Shown in pieces: positions 8,960-17,900 of a stretch of 64,000 nt of DNA (position 1 is the stretch's first letter; each line of letters begins with the position of its first letter). This DNA is from Bdellovibrionota bacterium. Its GTDB lineage: Bacteria > Bdellovibrionota_G > JALEGL01 > DATDPG01. Under the pieces are notes generated by a model. It worked only from the letters and a program-made list of their open reading frames with translations. It searched no databases and was not told where the DNA came from. The position numbers and the translations under genes were made by a program. The stretch lies in the NCBI GenBank assembly GCA_963668355.1, contig OY764265.1, positions 1,440,001 to 1,504,000 on the forward strand. The letters are read 5' to 3'.

Positions 8960-10034
8960 CGTGTGAACCTCCGTGTCCCAGATAACGGAAGAAGTGAACC
9001 ACTAGGTGAATGGCCAGTCCTCCCAAAGTGAATGGAATCATAAACCAGTAAAAAAGCTTGAAGAGGAAAACAAATGGATGCTTGGTCAAAGACGGTCGGT
9101 AATGGGACAGCCAGGCAGCCGTGAAGTTTTCCGGAACATTCTCATGACATTTGAGACACATTTGATGAACCTGTTTTCGGTCAATGGCCCCTCCCTCACC
9201 ATTGGCTTTTTGAATTCCATGATACCCATGGCAATCCACACACACCGCCTCAATTCTCTTGGGCGGCCTCTTTTTACTGTCTTCATAAAACTGGATGGTA
9301 ACGCCGTGAAAATCATTGAGATAGGTTTCGTAAACATCCGCTCGGAGCCCATACTTTGACATGAGTTCTTCGTTTGCATGGCATTTGGCACAAACACGTG
9401 GAGAGGCCACTCGTTCTTTGGCTTTATGGGGATCCTGATTGGCATGAGGCAAGTGGCAGTCCATGCAACCGGGAACGTCCACATTGTTGTCCTCGATTAA
9501 AGCATGCCCATGAACACTTTTTCGATACTCTTGAAAAACGTCTTCGTGACATTTTCCGCAGGTTGTTACGGCTTGAAACTTGGCCACTTCAAAAGATGGC
9601 ATTCGATGCACAGGGTGACAGTCGGTGCACACGGGCGCATCTTGATTTCCCCCTTGCAGAGATTTAAAATGAACCCCATCGGTCAATCCTTGGTACTGTT
9701 TTTCATGACAATCTTTGCACAGTTCGTATCTTTGGAGACGATAGTGTTTCACACTTTCAAACGTGCTGATTTGCGGATGAAAATCTTTGGTGTAGTTTTT
9801 GTGACAGCCAGTGCAAGGAACCGCCAGTGCATGAACATCCAATAAATAAAAATGCTTGGGGGAGATGTCGATGTTCAATAACTCCCCATTTCCAAGGAGG
9901 ACATGGGTTTCATTCTTGGAATGACATTCAAAGCAAACACGGTTTAAGTTTTTGATTTCCTTTTCAGTGTAAACTTTTTCCTCTGCCTGACTCATCGAAA
10001 AGGGGATCAAGCAGAAGACAAGGAACCAGATCAT
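8952..10034 (-). CDS. Membrane-anchored nonaheme c-type cytochrome (CbcL c-domain-like)
   Basis: 9 CxxCH and a C-terminal TM helix; overlaps the cytochrome b gene. Start trimmed to the signal peptide MIWFLVFCLIPFSMSQA; 10106 is an alternative. Confidence 0.85.
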   Translation of the reverse strand: MIWFLVFCLIPFSMSQAEEKVYTEKEIKNLNRVCFECHSKNETHVLLGNGELLNIDISPKHFYLLDVHALAVPCTGCHKNYTKDFHPQISTFESVKHYRLQRYELCKDCHEKQYQGLTDGVHFKSLQGGNQDAPVCTDCHPVHRMPSFEVAKFQAVTTCGKCHEDVFQEYRKSVHGHALIEDNNVDVPGCMDCHLPHANQDPHKAKERVASPRVCAKCHANEELMSKYGLRADVYETYLNDFHGVTIQFYEDSKKRPPKRIEAVCVDCHGYHGIQKANGEGGAIDRKQVHQMCLKCHENVPENFTAAWLSHYRPSLTKHPFVFLFKLFYWFMIPFTLGGLAIHLVVHFFRYLGHGGSHDE

Positions 10035-10416
10035 TTTCTTGCCGCGTAGCTTTTGTCGAAAGAAATAAAGAATTCCTACGAAGGCGAGGCCGGGAACAAA
10101 CATCATGAAAACGGTCGCAAGGATGGGAAATAACGCAGGAACCAAGAGGATGGGCGTTTTCAAAAACAAGTCAGAGGAAGATCCTGGAAGCCGTTCCTTG
10201 GATGTCTGTGTGAAAAAAAACTCGATGGCAAAAATGGAAAAATAGGCTCCCTTGGGAACGTCTTGTCCCCCTTCATAGAGCCATCTTCCGAAGAATTTTC
10301 GGGCCCATTTTTCGACGATTTCCCTCACGAAGTAGGGGAACATCCTTGAAAACGAAATGTGAGTCAACCTCGGAATGGGGCTTGGCAGGCTTTGCAGCAT
10401 TCGATAAATAGGACTC

Positions 10417-10764
10417 ATGCAGTCCCCAGATCGACGTAGTTGTCCCCGAGTTCCCGTTTCCATGCGCATTGCAGATGCGATGCAAGAAACCATTGGCTTT
10501 GGTTACGCACAGAACATTTCCGAAATGGGTTTGGCCATTGATGCGAAAGCGCTTACCGGAAAGGAAGCCCTTCCTCAAATCGGAACGCTCTTACAGATGA
10601 GGTTCAAATTGCCGAAGAGCCAGTTGGTGATCACGGCGCAGGGACGAGTGGTTCGGGTGGCGGATGATGGAGACTTTCCACGCATCGCGATGGAATTTGT
10701 CCACCTCTCTTCAGACTTTCGAGCCGAAATTGAACGGTACATCAGCTCTGAGCTTGCCGTATAG
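10417..10764 (+). CDS. Stand-alone PilZ domain protein
   Basis: RRSCPR (RxxxR) and NISEMG (D/NxSxxG) c-di-GMP-binding motifs. Confidence 0.85.
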   Translation: MQSPDRRSCPRVPVSMRIADAMQETIGFGYAQNISEMGLAIDAKALTGKEALPQIGTLLQMRFKLPKSQLVITAQGRVVRVADDGDFPRIAMEFVHLSSDFRAEIERYISSELAV

Positions 10765-10801
10765 GGCCTTAACATATGTGACCATACATTGCATTGGAAA
10801 G

Positions 10802-11010
10802 TTATCCACAACTGGGGATAAGCAAATGTCCCGGTGGAACCCCCTAAAAAGCTGAGAAATTCCTTCCTCAGTGAGCTTATAAGTTATTGAAGTAATTTGG
10901 AAAAATTGGATTTTCCCTCAATTGTGGGGCTCCGAAGCCGGTTTGGAGGAAATGAAGGGGAAAATTTGGATCAGGATTCTTTCGACCTTTTCCACAGTTT
11001 GTGTGGACAA
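10802..11010. promoter_or_regulatory. DnaA-box cluster (two inverted pairs)
   Basis: TTATCCACA 10802-10810 with TGGGGATAA 10813-10821; TTTTCCACA 10988-10996 with TGTGGACAA 11002-11010; inside a 560-bp intergenic gap. Confidence 0.6.
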
Positions 11011-11324
11011 TTGAGCCATTCGTATCTCCCTACGCCATCAACGGGCAGAGCACGTATCGAGCTTTTTGGGAATTTTGCTTTCGATTTCGTTGTTTCATTT
11101 CTGCCTCCTAACCTCTCTTCTCCTTCTCTTCCCTCATACATAGAGCGAGTTTTATGCCAAGGTCGGATAAAAACAAAACCGAATGATTCCAGGTAAGTAT
11201 GAAGATTTACAAGAAGGGGAGGCCAGGAAAAAAGGAAACCGGTGGAAAAATGCACCAGAAATGGTGTCAAGGAGACACTCCAATTCTTTACCGAGTCTGC
11301 GATTTAGTTTAGGAATGCCGGCTT

Positions 11325-12197
11325 ATGAGCCGATTGGTTAGCATTGATTTCAAAATTGTGCCGTCTGAAAAAGCGGTGGTTTCCGTGATGGACCGCAGTT
11401 TTCTTTATGGAGACAGCATCTACGAAGCGGTGAGGGCATATCAGGGAACAAAACCCTTTTTGTTGGACCGGCATTACGCTCGTCTCTTGAGATCAGCCGA
11501 TCGAATAGGGCTTCATGTGCCGTTCTCGGAAAAAGATTTGAGGTCGCATCTGGATGAGTTGTTGAGTCAAGTGGATCATGGCGATTCCTATGTTCGAATT
11601 GTCGTCACTCGGGGAATAGATGATCGTTTCGATGTTGCTCCTCATGAGGGGCTCAAACCACTGACAGTCATTTTTGTGAATCCCGTTCACCAATATGCCA
11701 AGAGTTTATATGAGGATGGATTGAACGTGGCCTTGGTTTCCGTGAGACGAAATCTTCCATCTGCCGTGGATCCCAACATCAAAACCGGAAACTATATGAA
11801 CAACGTGATTGCCAAGATCGAGGCCCAATCTCGAGGAGCCAACGATGCCATCATGTTGAATCATGAAGATTGCGTCACCGAATGCACGACAAGCAACCTC
11901 TTCGTGGTGAAGGACGGTGTGGTCATGACGCCGGAAGTTCGAAGTGGATTGTTGGAAGGTGTTTCTCGTCGGTTGCTTTTGGATCTTCTGAAACGTGAAG
12001 ACATTCCTTTTCGAGAGACCCTCATTTCGAAGGAAAGCTTTCTTCAATCCGACGAAATTTTCGTCACGAGTACGACCAAGGAAATTATGCCCGTTACGAT
12101 GGTTGACGACCGACCCGTGGGAAGTGGAAAGCCAGGGGAAATGACTCAAAAACTCATGGGTCTTTTTCATGAAGAAGTCTGTCGACTTCTTTCCTAA
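11325..12197 (+). CDS. PLP-dependent class IV aminotransferase (branched-chain/D-amino-acid family)
   Basis: DRSFLYGDSIYE, IKTGNY (PLP Lys), TECTTSNLF, LLEGVSR motifs. Confidence 0.9.
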   Translation: MSRLVSIDFKIVPSEKAVVSVMDRSFLYGDSIYEAVRAYQGTKPFLLDRHYARLLRSADRIGLHVPFSEKDLRSHLDELLSQVDHGDSYVRIVVTRGIDDRFDVAPHEGLKPLTVIFVNPVHQYAKSLYEDGLNVALVSVRRNLPSAVDPNIKTGNYMNNVIAKIEAQSRGANDAIMLNHEDCVTECTTSNLFVVKDGVVMTPEVRSGLLEGVSRRLLLDLLKREDIPFRETLISKESFLQSDEIFVTSTTKEIMPVTMVDDRPVGSGKPGEMTQKLMGLFHEEVCRLLS

Positions 12198-12222
12198 AGT
12201 GCATTGGGTTCAATGAACTTCG

Positions 12223-13047
12223 TTATTTCTTAGCCTGATCCAGCTCCCAATCAAAAGCGGAAAATTTAGCGTCTGAAAACTTACTGGGAAGATGGCGCGC
12301 CATGATTTCCGGTAAATGATTGCGGATGAAATCCAAGACACTTTTTTCTCCTCCGAAGTCGTTGCGATACCAATCATAGAGAGGGGAGAGGGTGGTTTCT
12401 TTCACCTGGATGCCCGGCTTCTTCAAGTTTTCATCTTGAGGAATTTTTCCAGGAAAATCTTTGGAAGGTGTGATGGTCACTTCCTTCACCTGAATGGACT
12501 TTTGGCTTTCCACAAACTTCTGTGCTTGTTGTTCTAAATCCTTTTTTAGCTGTTCTCCCTTGTAGGGGGTGGTTTTTAAGCGTGGACTTCCTTTGGTTCC
12601 CCACCAAAGGGCAAATAAAACTTTGGGATTTTTAAAAAGAGGGCGAATGATATTGCTTTCCATGTCAATTAACGTTCGCTCTTCACCGGCTACCAGGCAG
12701 GTAAGACGATCTCGAAATCCTTCGATGGCCATGACATCTTCAATGGGCAGTCGATCGACAATAAACTTCATGACGCAAGCATTGTATGCATTGATCCAAA
12801 AAGCCAACTGGTCTTCCGGGGTTTTAAACGAGTCTAGGGCATGCTGTGCATTTTCGGTTAACACTTGATCCAGGAGAGACTTTTCGGGACTTTTGATTGA
12901 ATTCCAAAGGAGCCCCTCAGGGGTGGCCACCTTTTTAAGCAGTTTTTCATAACTTTCTCCGGAATTTGAAGAAGCCCAGGACTGTGGAATCAAAAGGGAT
13001 GCGGACAACAAAAACGCAAAAAAGCCGATTCGGTGAAAATTCTTCAT
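12223..13047 (-). CDS. DUF547 domain protein, secreted
   Basis: QLAFWINAYNA, LSPLYDWYRNDFG and FDWELD motifs; signal peptide from ATG 13047. Confidence 0.8.
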   Translation of the reverse strand: MKNFHRIGFFAFLLSASLLIPQSWASSNSGESYEKLLKKVATPEGLLWNSIKSPEKSLLDQVLTENAQHALDSFKTPEDQLAFWINAYNACVMKFIVDRLPIEDVMAIEGFRDRLTCLVAGEERTLIDMESNIIRPLFKNPKVLFALWWGTKGSPRLKTTPYKGEQLKKDLEQQAQKFVESQKSIQVKEVTITPSKDFPGKIPQDENLKKPGIQVKETTLSPLYDWYRNDFGGEKSVLDFIRNHLPEIMARHLPSKFSDAKFSAFDWELDQAKK

Positions 13048-13092
13048 GAACTCATTGTAGAGTTGGAGGGTTTTTTTGGTAGTATTTTCGAC

Positions 13093-14673
13093 ATGTCCGA
13101 AATGGAACACCCACCCTATGGAGCTTTATTGATACTGGAAGGCCGGGACGCCGGGAAAGTCGTTCCCATAAAGAGACTGCCTTTTCAGATTGGGCGCTTG
13201 ATGGAAAATAGCTTGGTGATCGCCGATGAACAGGTTTCCAGAAATCATGCGCGTATCGAAGAAGGGAAAAATGGCCTCGTTTTAGAAGATTTAAACAGTC
13301 GAAATGGCGTGTTTGTGGATGGAAGAAAAATCCAACGTCATTCGCTCCTGGTAGGGGATCGGGTCCGCCTGGGCTCCACCGTTTTGATTTTTCATACCGA
13401 TATTCAAGTGGCCAAGGATGTTTTAGCGGACTCCATTCCGGACTCTCCGGCTCTGGCTATGGAGGAAGAGGAAGTCACATCCGTTGAATTCACACCAGCC
13501 CCTCCAGAAGAGGCCTCTGGGGTAGAGCCTTTCGAACAGGGGCTCAAAGGCGCATCTCAAGCCTTTACACAAGCTTCTCGACTTTTCTCCTCGGTTTTGT
13601 CTCCGGGGCGTTGTGCTTCCCAGCTGCTGGATATTTTCTTTCAGACGATTGCGCCTGAGCGCGCGCAGATACTTTGGAAAGCGGAAAGAGAGATTTCGCT
13701 CGCTCGTTCGCGCGACCAGGGATTGAAGTGTGAGCCCTTCCGTTTGCCTGAATGTGTGGAGACGCTTGGGGAGAAGGAGCCCCTGCATTTACGAACATCG
13801 GTTTCAGTTCCTTATGGGTCGGGCTCTGAAGAGCGATTCATCGTAGCTTGTCCCTTGATCACGGAAAATGGCACGCAAGGTTGGCTGTACGGAGATCGCC
13901 CGTTGTCCAATCCATTTTCCGAATATGCGTTTTTGGATTGTCGAACACTGGCGGCCATATCGGCGGGCGTTCTTCAACGCGCTGCCGTGTTCGCCGAAAA
14001 TAAGCGACTTCAAAATCAAGTTCTGCTCATGGAAAAGCATTTGTCTCCCGAAGTGGTCCGCATGCTATCCAACCAGGGTCTGAAGATTGATGAGAGTGCT
14101 TTAAAAGTTGAAAAACGGGAAGTGAGCATTTTGTTTTCAGATATTCAGGATTTCACCCCCTTATCTGAGCGATTGGACCCAGAAAGCTTGGCCAATCTAT
14201 TGAATGAATATTTTCAACGAATGGTGGATGAGATCACGATTCATAAGGGAATGCCCAATAAGTTCATTGGGGATGCCATCATGGCTTTGTTTGGGGCCCC
14301 AGAAACGCATGGGGATGACGCCGTAAACGCTGTGAATGCCGGCATGGGAATGTTGGAAGCCCTCAAGGGGTTTTGGGAAGAAATTGACGAACAAAAACGC
14401 TTTCACATTCGTGTGGGCATCAACACGGGGGTTGTGGTTGCCGGAAACATCGGTTCCGAAAAGAAGATGGAGTACACGGTATTGGGAGACGAAGTGAATG
14501 TGGCGTCTCGCTTAGAGGGGATTTCTCCTCCAGACACCTTAACCATCGGGGCTCGAACCGCCGAATTGGTGAAAGATCATTTCGAACTCAAAGAAGTTCC
14601 TGGGGTGCAAGTTAAGGGCAAGTCCACCAAGATCAATGTGTACGAAGTTCTAGGCCCGAAAAAAATTGTTTAA
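13093..14673 (+). CDS. FHA-GAF-adenylate/guanylate cyclase (class III)
   Basis: FHA: IGR...VSRNHA...DLNSRNG. Cyclase: LFSDIQDFT, KFIGDAIMA, RVGINTG, GDEVNVASRLE. Confidence 0.9.
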   Translation: MSEMEHPPYGALLILEGRDAGKVVPIKRLPFQIGRLMENSLVIADEQVSRNHARIEEGKNGLVLEDLNSRNGVFVDGRKIQRHSLLVGDRVRLGSTVLIFHTDIQVAKDVLADSIPDSPALAMEEEEVTSVEFTPAPPEEASGVEPFEQGLKGASQAFTQASRLFSSVLSPGRCASQLLDIFFQTIAPERAQILWKAEREISLARSRDQGLKCEPFRLPECVETLGEKEPLHLRTSVSVPYGSGSEERFIVACPLITENGTQGWLYGDRPLSNPFSEYAFLDCRTLAAISAGVLQRAAVFAENKRLQNQVLLMEKHLSPEVVRMLSNQGLKIDESALKVEKREVSILFSDIQDFTPLSERLDPESLANLLNEYFQRMVDEITIHKGMPNKFIGDAIMALFGAPETHGDDAVNAVNAGMGMLEALKGFWEEIDEQKRFHIRVGINTGVVVAGNIGSEKKMEYTVLGDEVNVASRLEGISPPDTLTIGARTAELVKDHFELKEVPGVQVKGKSTKINVYEVLGPKKIV

Positions 14674-14692
14674 AACTACCCACAAGCCGTAG

Positions 14693-14817
14693 AAAACATT
14701 TGAAGCGAGGTTCTGGACGAAAGCGAAACCTCGGGGGAGGGAACCTCCCCCCCGGAACGCTTTGCGTTCCGGCTCCCCCCCACACGCTTTCGCTCAGAAC
14801 CTCGCTTCAAACGTTTT
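14693..14817. repeat. Branched palindromic element between convergent genes
   Basis: TTTGAAGCGAGGTTCTG (14699-14715) pairs perfectly with CAGAACCTCGCTTCAAA (14795-14811) and encloses the hairpins GGGGGAGG/CCTCCCCC and CCGGAACGC/GCGTTCCGG. Confidence 0.75.
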
Positions 14818-14860
14818 TGATTTACGAAAGTAGTTCTTAAAAAGGGGAAGAAAAAGCTCA

Positions 14861-14934
14861 AGGGTGGCCGCCAGAAAAGGGGTTCCGAGCACTGTCGGGG
14901 CGCAGCGAACCCCTTTTCTGGCGGACAGGACCCT
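14861..14934. repeat. Second long inverted repeat (possible terminator or REP-like element)
   Basis: CCGCCAGAAAAGGGGTTC (14868-14885) pairs perfectly with GAACCCCTTTTCTGGCGG (14907-14924), 18 bp. Confidence 0.75.
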
Positions 14935-14979
14935 CCACCGTATATCTTCTGATGAGTCCCGAAAAAAAGAAACGGTGTT

Positions 14980-17900
14980 TTAGAGGCCGAGTTGTTGGGC
15001 GAATTCGGTGGCTGTGTTGGGTCGCTTGGTTTTGTCTTTTGACAAAGCTTGCATGATGACTTGAATGATGGAGTCTGGAACGTTTTGTGCCAGATCACTT
15101 AGTGCGGGAGGTTGTGTGTGAAGATGGGCATACATGATGTCCCCTTCAATAAACGGAGGGCGCCCGGCCAAAAGCTCGTAGAAGATGACGGCCAATGAAT
15201 AAATATCCGTTCGATGATCAATGTCTTTTCCCAGAACTTGTTCGGGAGACATGTACAGCGGCGTTCCTCGTAACATCGTTTTGTCGATCGAAAGATCTTG
15301 AAGAACTTTCGCGAGACCAAAATCCATGAGTTTGACTTGACGACTGGCCATCAACAAAATGTTGCTGGGTTTGACGTCTCGATGAATCACTTTTTGAGAA
15401 TGCGCGTAGTCTATGACTTCACAGAGAGGTTTTGCAATGGCCCGAAAGTTCTCTTCATTGACGCGCTTAACTTTTTGCAGAACTTGTTGAAGGGTTTTTC
15501 CTTCCACAAACTCCATGGCAATAAAATAATTTCCCCCCTCTTGTCCCACGTCATAAATGGTCACAATATTAGGGTGATTCAGTTTTGCGGCGGTCTGAGC
15601 TTCGCGCATTAAACTTTGCAGAGCTTCCGCATCATCTCTCAAGGTGTGAGGGAGCGTCTTAAATGCAACCACTCGATCCAACATCGTATCCTTGGCTCGA
15701 TACACAATGCCCATGGCCCCTCGGCCGAGTTCGTCCATAATTTCATACCGCTTTTCTTCGGCTGTTTGAGCTCCGGCAATGGTTTCCTGGTGAGCTGGAG
15801 AAGAAGCCTGTGGCCTCGCGTTGGCCATCTTCTCTTTGATTTCATCCACCTTTTGCGCAACGTCTCGGAAGTGAAAATCTTTTTTCAATAAATCTTCGAA
15901 GATGTCCAAAGAACTCTGAAACTCTCCGGCGCGTTCGAGAACCGTGGCGAAAATATATTGAGACTCTTGGTCCATGTCGGCGGGTGAGGTGTCGTATACC
16001 TCTCGAAGCGTCTTGATGGCCAAGTCATCCACGCCCTTTTCGACAAACATTTTTCCCAAAAGAACCTGCGCTTTGCGCAAGTCCTGATGATAAGACGGAA
16101 CCTTCTGGCATAGAGCAATGGCTTCGTCGATCAGTCCCTGCTCCTGATAAATGGTTGCAGCCTCCAGGAAATGCTCTTTGCGGATGAAAAGGTCGATGAC
16201 TTTGTCAATTTCGTTGAGCTCTTTATAAAGCGTGATGGCTTGATCTAGGAGCCCACCTTTTTCAAATGACATGGCGGCTCGTCGGGGATCTCCCGCTTGA
16301 GCGAAAAATTCGCCCGCCAAAGCAAAGTCTCCATCCTTTGCATAAAGAACGGCTGCTTTCCCAAGATCTCCAATCTGTTCGTAGATTTCAGCCGCCTGGG
16401 CCCAGGCCTCAGCCTTGACAAAACATTGGGCCGCTTCCACTTTCTGACCTTTGCTGAGGTAGATATGCGCGGTGGCGAAAGCCGCTTTTTTTACGTCCCC
16501 CTTCTTCGTGTAAATTTTGGCGAGGACGGCATGATGTTTGGAGTCTTCTAAGTATTCTAGCGCTTTTTCAAGATCTCCCTCTTGGTAAGCATGTACGCCG
16601 AAGAGATACTTGGCTTTGTCCATATTTCCGGCGTCGTGATAAATCTGAGCTGCCTCCAATAGTTTTCGTTCTTTGACCAACGCTTGGGCTTTGACTTCGG
16701 GGTCGAGATCCGCGCTGGAAATATTTGCGGCTTCCTCGGCAGGAGAGGGACCCAAGTCCAATTCGCCATGTGACATGGCCGACTGATCAGAATAGCTATT
16801 GTCCGGAGTCCCAGCCATGGTAACAGTTTCTTCTTCAGCCTCTTCCCCGCCGGGTTCCGGTAAGGTGTCCAGGTCGATGTTAACCACGCGATCTTCCAGG
16901 TCTGGGATTGTGATCGGGTAGATCCACGAATCTTCTCCGTGAATGATTTGAATTTTGTGGTTTCCCTGTTTTAGATAGATGAATCCACCCGTTCCCGGTT
17001 TTACGTACTTAACGTCAGGGTCTCCAGGAATACGAAGTTCAACGCCTTGCACCTCTTCTTCGCCTCGCCGGACAAAGATGGTGACAAAGGATTCTTCCTT
17101 AACGAGTTGGAAAACAATTTGCCGGGTTTTTCCTTTCTCCACACGAGCTTTTTGAAACATGTAGTAATTGCCAATGGTTTTTTTGGTGAGCGCGGTGTCT
17201 TCAATGGTGCCATATAGATAAACAAAATAATCACGGGCTGGAACGTTCTCAAAGAGCGTTTGTTTTCCAACCATCTTGCGAACCCACGCGCCTTTCTGTT
17301 TCAAAAGTTGTTTGTACTTTTTCTTCTCGTATTTTTCTCGGTCTGAAACGATGAGAGGGCCGGAGTCTTTTTCTTTTTCTTTTTTCTTAGACAACTTGAG
17401 GGTTAAGAAACTTTCCATCTTTGGGTCGTAGTTGATGATGACCATCAAGTTCCCTTTTCCTCTTTGAGTTGAGCGGATTCGAGCCAGATAAAGAGGTGGG
17501 AGCACAAATAAAAGTAGGATGATGCTCCAGAGAATTGGCAACCACTTGTTGAAGTGGCGAATCTGGGGCGTGGGGTAAGAAATACGGGTATCTAAGGTGA
17601 CCCGCTCTTCACTGATGGGTGAAAATAATTGGATGTAAAACGACACGCTGGTGTTGTTTTCTCGGGTTTCATGGCCGGCAATGTCGAAAGCAAAAATTCC
17701 ATCTAAGGAGTCCTTGGCCAATTCAGGTTCTAAGTATCCCGGAGAACCAAAAGAGTTAAAGGTGACTTCCTTGGGCTTAAAATGTTTGAGATGGGTGTGT
17801 TGGATCACCCGGTATTGCGCGAGGAATGCAAGTTCTAAGTCTTGTCGAATGCGTTTCGTGTCAATTTCAAATGGCTCAAAAAGATACTTTTTAATGACGG

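Noticed and set aside
10035..10493. Long N-terminal extension of the nonaheme cytochrome in the ORF track
   Set aside because: It overlaps the PilZ gene on the opposite strand and precedes a clear signal peptide; probably the divergent promoter region.
10897..11270. Two overlapping 99-aa ORFs
   Set aside because: No motifs or convincing RBS, and they overlap the DnaA-box region.
14676..15098. 140-aa minus-strand ORF
   Set aside because: It runs through palindromic repeats, overlaps the kinase 3' end and has non-protein-like composition.
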